Source: Sminthopsis crassicaudata
Taxonomy: Eukaryota
Assembly (NCBI RefSeq): GCF_048593235.1
Contig: NC_133622.1
Location: forward strand, 250,732,055-250,796,054
DNA length: 64,000 bases
Direction of reading: 5' to 3'
The notes beneath the pieces are model-generated. The model was not told the origin of the DNA, searched no databases, and saw nothing but the letters and a program-made list of their open reading frames with translations. A program made the position numbers and the translations under genes. This document shows positions 40,539 through 52,300 of this stretch, one piece after another. Within the stretch, counting starts at the first letter, position 1. Each line of letters starts with the position of its first letter.

Positions 40539-43034
40539 GGGTCCCCCGGGCCTGTCAGGGTCCCCTACTTTCTTGTTTCCCATGGAAACGCTAACCAAGG
40601 TCACTTTGGGATTTCTTTCCCGCGAAATAAGAGGACTTTTTGTGGAGAGGGGAGAAGCTGAGTCACCAAGGGCCAAGTTCTGAAAGCTCCTTGAGCAGAA
40701 GGGTTTTAAATTGGTGCCTGCAGGGGGCCAAGTGGTGCTGAATACATTGCCTAAGACTACCCTCTGGGAAATACCAGGGAATTAAACAAGAAACCATCAA
40801 GGGGAAAATGGGAACTTGGGTATGGGGAAGCTCGGCTTTAGCATCTGCACGAGAAGTCCATGAATTCTGCTGAATTTGAACCAGGGAGCCTGAGCGTCAC
40901 CTGACCCAGACCAGAGGTGGGCTCCCCACCACCTTCCCATCTCCTGAGCCGAGCCTTTCAATGTCGACTCCGACTGCTGCTTCTTCCCCGTCAGATTATG
41001 ATGCTCCAGCCCAGTCTTCCAGGCAGGATGAGTCTCCTTTCAGAAGGCTCCCATAGCAACTCGAAGGGGAGACTGCGTTACCCACCCTGTAGCATCTATC
41101 CCCAGTAGGAAAAGATTGAGTCCTTGAAACAGCTGGGAAGTAGTTCAGGGGAGGGGTGTCACACCTGGGACTCTTGGGTCCCATGGAGATGACCAGTGAA
41201 TGCTCCTTTGGCTCACCAAGGCCAGACCCCTAATCGTCCTGAAGACTTTCTAGCCATCTCCTTTCCCCAGGAGAAATGGGTCAGGAGGCCGAGGCCCTGA
41301 TGAGGGCATCTGGCCAGTCCTGTACTCTTCCAAAGCCCAGAATTTCTACACTAGCAGAAGGCAGTTGGTCCCTGGGGAAGCTGAGACTTTGTGACCCGGA
41401 TCTCCAAACTGAGACTTCCTTTGCTGCCATAAAGGCGGAGGTGCGTGCTGGTACCTACAGGAAGTGCTCACACAGAAATCACCGCGGCTGTCTGATATGG
41501 GGACAGCTCTGCACCTCGGCCTGAGGGGTTGGACTAGACAGGACCCATGGAAGGTCTGACCGACTAAGGTCACCTCAAACTGAGCGCCTGAAGAGAAGGC
41601 CCCCGTTTGAAAGGCCAGAGTTTTGAGGGATTTTTGCTTTTTTCTTGCCGAGTCCCCGGGGTAGGAAATGATTGAGGAAAGCAAGATAGAGAGTGTGGGA
41701 GGAAGTCGTGGCTATGGGCTCAGAGTCCAGCATGATCCATCACCCCTCATGGTGCCCTGAGTCCTTGGAATGTTTCCTAGTTTCAGGGTCGAGCCAGCCT
41801 GGAAACGCCTGCCCCTGGTACTGACACCAGTGGCTGCTTGCCCCTAAATACTGAGTTTGTTGTGGGCATGGCAATCTCAACTCGTTTTTTTGAAGCAGCA
41901 AATATACTTACAAATATTCATTTAATACTTTAGAGAAAAATGTGTTATTCAGCTGGAATTGGAGGAGAAGGGAAGTATTTAATAGGAAAGCCTTATTCCC
42001 AGGTACTTTGGGATCCAACCACCCTCCTCACAACAGCACAATTCCAGTTCTCCTCCTTATCCCTCCTTTTTTCTCCCTGAGATTCTGAGCCATTATAAGA
42101 AGATATTCCAAAATCCCTTGAGATGTTCATTTCAGATTTTGGGTTAGGCGATATAGGCCCCCGCCCCACTCACAGGGCCCTCTTTGTCAAAGGGCTCAGG
42201 GAGAGGAGGAAGCCGAAGCAAAGGCATGGCCATGAGTGTCTAATGGCCTGAGAGTGGGGTCAGGGGAATAGGGCTGGAAGGGAGCTTGGACTCAACCGTT
42301 CCTTTTGCAGGGAGGCTTGTCAATGACTGGCCCAAAGTGATATAGTTAGGAAGTAGCCAATCTAGTAAATTAGCAAGCCAGGATTTGAACCCTAGATTTC
42401 TGACCCTGTGTCTCGTGCTCTGTAGGTAGAATCAGAGGAATTCTCTCTCTCCCCTAGAATTACAAAGCTGGAAGTCTTATTCAGGCCCCGTCTCTAGGAA
42501 GGTTATTGATGAACTGACTTCTCTTTTTAAAAGTTCTTTACAAATAAAGATTCTACTTCTTCCCTTGGAGCTTCTCCAGTGTTGAGTTTTCTTATAGGCA
42601 CGTGGTTCTTCCTCGGATTAGGGGGTAATGGAGGCCTTGGGTTCTCGACAGTGGCACATCAGCTATAGCAGCTCCTACCAGGCTAGCAAGGTGGGAATCC
42701 AGGGGCAGGCCGCCTCGTCCCCTGAGCTCAGGCCTGCCTCCTGGCTGGCTGCAGTAGCAGGAGTTTGTAAGCCACACATGGCAACTTCTGACAATATTCT
42801 CTTAAGTCCTAGAGGAGGGACTGGGATGCGAGCTGATGGCCAGACCCAAGGAAGCATATATATTTCCCCAATCAGCTCCTTTTCTCAGGATCCTCAAGAG
42901 CTTGGAAGACCCTGAAGAGCCATGCCAGCCACCCCCACCCCCCACTGTACAGACAAGGAAACTGAGGCACAGAGCAGTCTGTTGTCTTTTATGTTTGTGC
43001 TCCCCTCCATCTCAGCCGACACCACCCAGAAGAC

Positions 43035-43303
43035 TCAGCTCAGGACCCGGAGGAGATGCTCATAGCTGAAGAAGGTCACAGCATTGACCGGAAAGGCCCG
43101 GGCACTGTTGAGGGTCAGTCCCCGGAAGAAGACACCGGGCCCTTCTTGCCTGGCGCTGCTTATCACGCAATCCAGCAGCCCCCGGTACTTTCGCCGCTTA
43201 AGCCCATCCATTTGCATCCGTGACTTAACCACGTCCAGAGGAGTGGCTGTGGTCCAGGACATTATTCCTGCAAAGCCCCCAGCCACCAGCATTGTAGCCG
43301 AGC
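43035..43303 (-). CDS. SLC25A45: SLC25A45 last coding exon
   Basis: SATMLVAGGFAG...TPLDVVKSRMQMDG...ARAFPVNAVTF...stop; gcag| acceptor. Confidence 0.95.
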
Positions 43304-46300
43304 CTGCAATTCAGAAATGGAGAATGATCACCTGAGGATTTCCTCTTCTGTACTCGTGCACCTTAGAGTGAGCGCATCCAACCTTCCCATCCCATCATGA
43401 AAGCCGTGGCCATCCCTACCCCCATCCTCCAGCCAGGTTGTAAAAATGAGCGTTCGACTCCTCCCCCCTTCCTACAGAGCCTTTACTCACCAGGTTCCTT
43501 ACTGTCTGAAGTAAGCCACCGACTGAGCCCTTCATAAGTGAGGAAATAGAGGCCCAGAGTAGGAGTATCCCTTAGCACCAGAGCCCAGGCTCCCCGAAAT
43601 AAACCCCGAGGGCCCTCCTCCCGGATGATGGTCCTGGCACAGTGCAGGGGACCCCTGTACTGAGGAGGGGCTACTCCTGGCCGAGCTCGGGGCTCTGTCT
43701 GGTTCTGCAGTCGAACTTTGATGAGGTCAAAAGGAGCCAAACAGTAAGCCTACAGGGAAGCAAAGGAAACCAGTCGGGAGGGGATACCAGGTAAGAGCAG
43801 TCTGCTGAGAGAACCACTCTCTCCCACTTTAGTGAAGCATACAAGGGAGACCAGGAAGAGAGAGCAGGAAGGTAACAGCCAAAGTAAGTGACTTCTCCTA
43901 AGGTAACACAACTGAACAATGATGAGTCTTCTGAGCCCGAGTCTAGGGTTCTTCGTACTTGAAGCCCTCAGGTATCAAACCCCTGACACTTAGCCTCATT
44001 TAGCTTTGTGCAATCAGCTCCATCCCAAAGGCTCCCAGTGACATCCCTCCTGGCCGTGACTCCCAAAGTCTCAAGACTTTGGCTCGTCGGCAGCCCCCAT
44101 TGCACCTCTGAGTTCCACACCTCTTGAGTGTGGCCAGCAAGCGAAAGGCTTGGCAAATAGTGGTACTAGAAACCTTCGGTAAGAGGCTGGATTAGAGAAA
44201 AGATTGTGGGAGCTGGTACGCTGGCATATTGAGATTAGAGTATGGGAATCTCACCAGCCTGACACCAAAGTGAGGGAACAGTGATGGGGCACTTTCTGAC
44301 CAAAACGGGACAACTAAACTTCCTGATTTGCCTTAATGATCATTTCATCCTTCAAAAAGGGGCCACCAAGGTGAAAACACATATTCAACCTGATTCTCAC
44401 TAACAGGGAGGAAGTGGTTAATAGGTTGGAAATGGCAGGAATCTTGATGGGAAGTGACTACTCCCTCCTAGAGTTTGTGATAAAGAAAAGGAAGCCCAGG
44501 CGCATGCAAAACCTTTAGGTTTGAGGAAGGCAAGATTTAAAAAAACATATACATAATAACTAGCATTTACAATTCGCTTTAAGATTTACAAAGTACTGTC
44601 CACATCTCATTTAACCTTCACAGAAAGCCTGTGAGGTAAGTGCTATTAGTAGATCATTTTACAGATGAATAAACTAAATCTTGGCCCACCACACAGCGAG
44701 TAAGGGTCTGAAAGGGATTTGAACTCCACTTGTTTTTCTGCTGGTTGCTAGGGGGCACAGGACTGTCACTCACTACGCCACCAAGTGGCCTAGTAGAAGC
44801 AAAGTCAGAAGATGATAAGTTCCAAATGGTCCTGTAACTTTAGTTTCAAAGACACTAAAGCTTGGAAGCAGCTGGGGTGCGAGGGAAGCTAGGGACGCCA
44901 AAAAAAGGATGGGATGTGAGAGGAGCTGTGCAGATGGGACGCTAAACAAGGAACGAAAACGCTGCTCCTATCTCTGCCAAGGAGAATGTCCTTTGTGCTC
45001 CAAATGTCAGAACAAAAATGGCTAACCAAGAGTGGATATGAGATAAGAACTAGGCAGAGAGCACTTGGAAGCCCCTGGTAAATCCACATGAATGATCTAT
45101 CTTTGGATCCTAAGGGAAGGGGCAGATGGGATTGCCAGCTCCATCGATGAGGTGTGAAGGGCCATGGAAAACGGGAGAAGTCAAGATGGAAGAAGGATCA
45201 ATGTCCCAGTGTTCAAAGAAGGGAATAAGGGAGCTTTAGGTAAGTGCATCGACTTTTAATTCCTGGGGAAACTCCAGCCAAATCATTCAAGAGATGGCTG
45301 GCAGACATTGAGAAAAGGAAACTGTTTATACAGAACCAGGTTAGCTTCCTCAAGGCAAGTCACACCAGATTGACCACATTTCCTTTATTGTGGCAGCTCG
45401 ATATCTTGATTTTAGCAGAGCATTTGATAAAGTTAAAATATCTTTGGGGAAAAGATGAAGGTGATATAGGTTCTTAATAACACAATTTGATGAATTGAGA
45501 ATTAGTGGAATGAGTAGAGAGAAATCCTTAATGGATCGATGTCAGTGAACTACGTAAGTCACAGAGGGCATTGATGGGCAGAAGATACCCTTGATAACAG
45601 AATCAGCAATATTGACAGGCTAAAGTTTTATTCAACAGACACAAAATGTCTTCCACTTAGACATACAAAAAAATCAACCACACTAGTACGAGCGGGGTAA
45701 GCTTCCTGATTAGACAGCAGTTTGTCTGAAATAGATATTGGGGTTTTAGCAGACAGCAACCTCAATGTCAGAAAGCTACTGAGCTGTATGCGGAAGGACA
45801 GAGAAAGGGAGGGGAGGTGTCCCACAGTGCTCTGTCTTTCTCCTACCTGGAGAACCAGAGTTACCTCTGAACACCATGGGCTATCAGCAAGCTGGAAAGT
45901 GTCCAAATGGGGAGCAAGCAATATTTATTAAGGGCCTCTTATGTGCCAGTGGGAGTACAAAAAGAGACAAGACACAGGCCCTGCTCACAAGGAGTTCACA
46001 AATAGAAAAGAGATAATACACAAGTAAATACATACAAACAAGCTTTATACAAGATAAGTAGAAAATAATCAACAGAAAGATACTAGAATTAAGTGTTGAG
46101 AAAAGCTTCTTATGGGTCTTCAAGGATAGTCAGCAGACAGAGATGAGGAGAAAGAGCATTCCAGACAAGGATGCAGCCAGAGAAGATGCCCAAAGTTGGG
46201 AAATAGAGGGTCATGTCCGTGGGACAGCTGGAGGATGGTATCACTGAATGGAAGAGTTCAGGTTGGGGTAAGAATAATGGAAAGGAGGAAGAGGCAGGTG

Positions 46301-49300
46301 AATGCCAAGGAGAACATTTTGTATTTGGTCCTGGAGGCAATAGGGAGTCACTGAAGTTTACTGAGTAGAGGGTGACATGGACTCATGTTTTAGGAAATCA
46401 TTTGAGCGAACAGAGAATGGATAGAAGGGGACAGAAATATTCAACAGGTCTCAGCAGCAGCACAATGCTAGGTATGGGAGGAGATAGTGAGGAGTTAGGG
46501 ACAGAGATACCAGGATTTCCAAAGAAATCCTGAGCCTCTGGCACCAGTCGGCCAATGGAACTGGGCACATTTATAGCCTGGATCAGAAAGCACTGGACAG
46601 AGCCTAAAGCATGGCACAGTATCTGCCTTCACATATTTAAAGGGCTGCCAGCTCTCTGACAGATTAGACTTATTCTGATTGGCACAGGGAACAGAATCAA
46701 GAGCTTTGGGGGTGACACTGAAGAGGTGAATTGAGATGGGCAGGGTCCCCGCTCCCTGAGGGCTTGGAAGCAGAGACTGTGGCCCACTTGTCCAGGATGC
46801 TCCAGCACACTCCTGGCTTGCACTGGATGGCTGCTGAACTGTCCTCCTACTGGAGAAAAGTGGGGTTCTGGAACAGATACAAGGGCTTGAGGCCTTGATT
46901 AGGCTGTGGGGGGAGGAGGCTTAGGTCCCAGCCACTCTATAAGTAATAATAAAGCTTCCCTGATGTAACAAGGGAAGTTTTGCAGAGGGTCGCCTCACGT
47001 GGGACCCTCTCGCTGTCAGGACACAAATGGATGGTTCCTATATTGCCATCGAGGCTCATTCATTGTTGCACAAAACTGTGTTTGGGGCCTTTGACTTGCT
47101 GTTTCCTTAACACCCAAAGGGTTTTTCTACTGAAACCTCAGGGACGCCCCAGGACAGTCTGGTCCAGCCCAGGTTGGTGAAAAAGAACAAAGTCCTAAAG
47201 AGAAGCAGTTAAAAGTGATGTGAGGGGTGGGGGAGAGCTTCTAAGTGTAGACCCAAGCTGATCCTGGGGTCAAGAGAAGGGCTGGGCTGGAGGTTTAGCC
47301 AAGGATGGCCCATGTGACTGAGGCTCCTTGCAGGGGGGAACTGATTTTTGCAAAAACTTTAGCAGCCCAGTTCTCCTCAACCAGGGAGCGACAGGCAAAC
47401 ATTAGACCTGATTATTGGTAGATCATCTTGCACCGCTGCTGTCCTCTTCATCGGGCCCTCCCCACCTAATGTGCCCCAACACTACCCACATATCCTTGGC
47501 AAACGGGGGAAGCTGTAGTGGAGAGTCAGGAAGCGCTGAATTCAAATCCAGCCTCAGATACCCACTAGCTGTGTGACTCTGGGCAGGTCACTCCCCACTG
47601 TCTGTCTCCATTTCTTCATCTGTCAAATGGGCTGAAGAAGCAATGGCAAGGTCCTCCAGGATCTCTGCCAAGAAAAGCCCAGAGGGAGTCACAGTCACCT
47701 GTGACTAAAAGAACTCTGCAACCCCAGCCAAGCAGCCAGCTCCCCTGAGAGCCAGGCCCTCCTTTAGCACCAAGCTTTGTTTTCATGCCCAAGCCCTTCT
47801 ATTTTTCTTGGGGAACACTTCGTTCCCTGGGACTGGAGAACAGAGAATAGAGCCGAGCAGGAAGGGGCACCTCGGAGCCTCTGTGATTTCTTTGCTAAGG
47901 AGCCAGCCTATACTTAGAGCCTAGAACACTGGGCAGGCCTGGAGCTAGAAGGCATTGAGACACATCTTCACTTTGGGGGTGAAAAACCACGCCCCAAGGT
48001 CACACAGGTAAGTCACTGACAGGGTCAGGATTAGATCCCAGATCGGGGTGGGAGACCCAAGATGGCAAAGAGTAGACAGGACCATTGCCTGAGCTCTCCC
48101 CAGCTTCCCTCAGAAGCAACACCTCTGAATGGATGTTGGAGTGAAAGAACCCACAAACATTTTCCAGCTTAAGATAGCTTGCAAGGACTTCAAGAAAGAT
48201 TGGTCTGAACCAGGTAGAGGAGGACGTGACCGAGACACTCCTCTGAGAGACCTGGCATGGGGAGACCCTGCACTTGGAATCTAACAGAAGGCTTGTAGGC
48301 AAAGTACAGCAGCATTGGCTAGTCTGCCCTGGTTCAGAAGAACAGTGAATCAGCAGGTCAGCCATGAAACCTCCAATGCAACCACAAAAGGCAAATTGTG
48401 AGCCCCAAAACCCTGGTACAACAGGCAGGACTTGACCAAACCCAGTGGGAAAACCCTAGCCGAGTCGGTGAGAGGCCCCTGTCCCTCTGCAAAAGTAGCT
48501 TGGGACAATCTCCCATGTGCCCTAGAAGCAGAGCTCGACTTTGTAAAACGAGCTAGAAAGATACTATGGAGATAGTGAAGATCAGAACACAAACCCAGAA
48601 GAGGACAGCAATGACAAAATGGTGAAGCCCAAAGCAAGACAGTAGCTGGTCTCAAGCTCAAAAGACTCTCTTGGAAGAGCTAAAAAGGATCTTAAAAGAG
48701 AAAAAGAAGACCAATGGTTCAAAGAAATGAGATTTATGTAGGAGAATTATGTAAGTTTGGGAGGAAAAGCCAACAGCTTGGAAAAGGAAGCACAGAAATT
48801 GACTAAAGAAAATAACTTTTTTTTTTTTTTTTAAACTGAGGCTGGGGTTAAGTGACTTGCCCAGGGTCACACAGCTAGGAAGTGTTAAGTATCTGAGACC
48901 AGATTTGAACTTGGGTCCTCCTGAATTCAAGGATGGTGCTCTATCCACTGCACCACCTAGCTGCCCCCTATAAAACAACTCCTTAAAAAATAAAATTGGA
49001 AAAATTGAAAAACAACCTCTTAAAAAATAAAACTGGTGAAGTGGGAAAAGAAAACAACTCCTTAAAAAATAAGAGTTGGTGAAATGGGAAAAAAAAATTC
49101 ACAGAACAAAACAACTCCTTTAAAAGTTCAACTGGCCAAATGGAAAACAAGGTACAAATGCTAACTGAAGGAAATAATTTTCTAAAAATTAGAATTGGAT
49201 AAATGGAAATGAATGACTCAGTGAGGTATCAAGAATCAGTCAACAAAATTTTTAAAAATGAAAAAATAGAAGAAAATGTAAAATGCCTCACTGGAAAAAC

Positions 49301-52300
49301 AACTAACCTGAAAAATAGATCCAGGAGATATAATCTAAGAATTATCAGACTATCTGAAAGCCATGATCATGAAAGCCTATACAGCATAATTCAAGAAATC
49401 ATCAAGGAAAATTACCCTAATGTCTTAGAACCAGAGGGAAAAATTGTCATTGAAAAAAATCCACCAATTGCCCCCTGTTGTCATTTGGTCATGTCAAACT
49501 CTTCATGACCTTATCTGGATTTTTGTAGCAGAGACATTGGAGGGGTTGCCATTTCCTTTTCCAGTTCATTTAACAAATGAGAAAACTGAGGCAAACAGGA
49601 TTGAGTGAGATGCCCACAGTCACCCAGCTAAGTATCTGAGGCCGGATTTGAACTCTGGAACATGAGTGTTCCTGACTCCAGGCCCAGGCCTCTTTCTACT
49701 GTGTCACCCAGCTTCTCCCCCACCTACCATTCCTATTACTGCAGAGGACTCCACCTTCTTTCCAGTTCTTAGGCTTACAAACAGTGATCATCCTAGACTC
49801 TCTCACCACCACCACCCCCTCCCACATCCAAGCTGTTATCAAAGATTGTCTATGTTATCTTTGCAGCACCTTTAGGACCCCTCCTTATTTCTTACACTGC
49901 CCACACCCCCATGCAGGCCCTCATCCCCTCATCCACCTGGATTACTACAATGGATGTCAGACCCCAGATCCAGGAAATCAGCCTTGTTTTGGAGAATTCC
50001 AGTTCAGAGGCTTTGGGGAGACTAAGGGTGTGTACCCCCAGACAGACTAGGAATGAAGAAAAACTTGAATCATTTGGGGAGCATTAATCATTAACTTCAG
50101 CAAACAGCCCAACCCTTTGTGGACTGTGATCCTCATTAGGAATGAGAAATGTGGTGCAAAATAGAGATTTGCTAAAGGGTCCCTGGGGATTGAGCTAGAG
50201 GAGACCATGGATAGGGAAGGCAGACGGGTTCAAATATATTGCTGGTTCCCTGAACCCCAATTTTATAATTTGTCAAATGGATACAATAATACTCACTGTC
50301 CTGGTATGGAAAAAGCATTTTCTAAATCTCCAAGTGCTACCTATCTAAATGCCGGCTCTTCCGCTCTGATCCCTTACCCAACATGCTCTACCAATGGGAA
50401 GAACTTAGTGACTACTCAGCGTGGCGTAGGACTTGGGAGCTGCTCGTAGCACATGTTGTTGCTGTTTGGTTGCATCTGACTCCCTGTGACCCTCTCTGAG
50501 GTTTTCTTGGCAAAGACACTACATTGCAGTTTCTTCTCCAGCTTATTTGCCAGATGAGGAAACTGAGACAGAGAAATGACTTTCCAGATTCACAAAGCTA
50601 GAAGTGCCAAAGGCCACACTGGAACTCACAAAGGTAAGTCTTCCTGACTCCAGACCCAGGGCTCTGTCCACGGCATCACCTCGCTGAACACGGTGGCTCC
50701 TTAATAAACATTTGTTGATGATGGACTGGTGTTCTTTTGCCCCCAAAGAGCTCCCTCATAGAACTCGGCTCCCCACCACCCCATCCCCAAAGGCTCATGA
50801 GACAAAGATTAAGCACAAAGACCAAGGCAAGGTTACCTAAGTTACTTAATGATTAATATGGCACCACCTTTCATCCCTGAGATCTGTGGAACTAAGTGTT
50901 CATTAATAAATCAGGCTGTCAGCAGAGCCAGGAGGTTATGGGAGTAGGGCAAGGAGAAGGAACAGGTCAGGGTAGCATTCAACAACGCCTTGGGCCTGGT
51001 GCTGGCTGGGTGGCTATCAGTGGTGGAGGAGGAAGGGTCCTTAGTCTAGAAGTTAGTTTAGAGTGGGCTATATAGAGTTTTAGACTGCACGGTTCTTTAA
51101 GGTTCAATTTGACAATTCAGCTTTTTAAAGATACATTTATTAGGCACTTACTGGGTGCCAGGGGCTGGGCTAAGTGCTGAGGGTACAAAGGCAAGAATGG
51201 AAAAATGGGTCCCTCCCTGCCAGGACCTCCCGCTCTCTTTGGGAGTACAACCTACACATAAATAAGTGGGTACAAGATGATTTGGGGGGAGAGCAAACAC
51301 CAGCACCTGAGGGATCTGGTGGCTGCCAGGGGGCGGAGGGGATACCCAAGGGTGCATTCTGGGCCTGGAGGTGCACAGATGCATGCCCAAGGCCAGGGAG
51401 CACAGTTCGGCTGGAACAGAGTGCATGGGAGGGAGATGAGTAAGAGAGCTAACCCTAAAATGCGCATTAAGCCATGCTGAGAATGAGCTTTTAAAGCTGA
51501 CCATTAGATTGGAAGCTCTTTGTGGGTAGAGACTATATTTGTACCCCCAGAGCTTAGCACAGTGCCTGGCATACAGCAGGTGCCCAATAAATGTTGACTG
51601 GTTGATTGAGCAGTTTACATTTTATCAAAGGAGCAAGAAGAAGCCGAAGACAGAGCTGGGCAGGTCCAGGCTTTAGGAAGAGCATATCAGCAACTAGATG
51701 GAAGAAGGATTGGAGAGAATGGAGCACAAGGAGGGGAGCCGAGTGGGGGCCGGCAGCCGCTGTCCAGGGCAGGAATACCTGGCAGCCAAGGAGACAGCGC
51801 GGGAGAAGGGAGAGTCACCCAGCACCCTGGGGTAGCAAACCCCCTGACTGGAAGGATGGCAGGGAAATTTGGGGAAAGGGCAATTTGTTGAAGATGGACC
51901 CATGAGATGGCAAAGGGTCACCCCCTAGGAGATGTCCATCAGGAGTGGGGGGCTGACTCCAGAGAGAACTGATTGGGGGGGAGGCATGAGGTCACCAGGA
52001 AGAGCATGTGAAGGGAGAGAAGAGGCTCCAAGTAGTACCCAAAGGACACTCGTGAGTAGAGGTGAGAGGAGGATGATGGGAGGAAGTGTGAGAACAGTGG
52101 GAGTTACTCCCAGAGCTGGACAGGAGCTCAAAGTAATCTCACAACTCTTTCATTCTACAGATTAGGAAACTGAGGCCCAGGGAGATCAGGGCACCAGCCT
52201 AGAATCGCCCCGAGGGGAGGCCTCTGATCCCAAGACCCCTCGCAGCTCCCACTACTCCAGAACCGTGAGTCCAGAGCGCACTCGCAGGAGTCAGGCGGTC

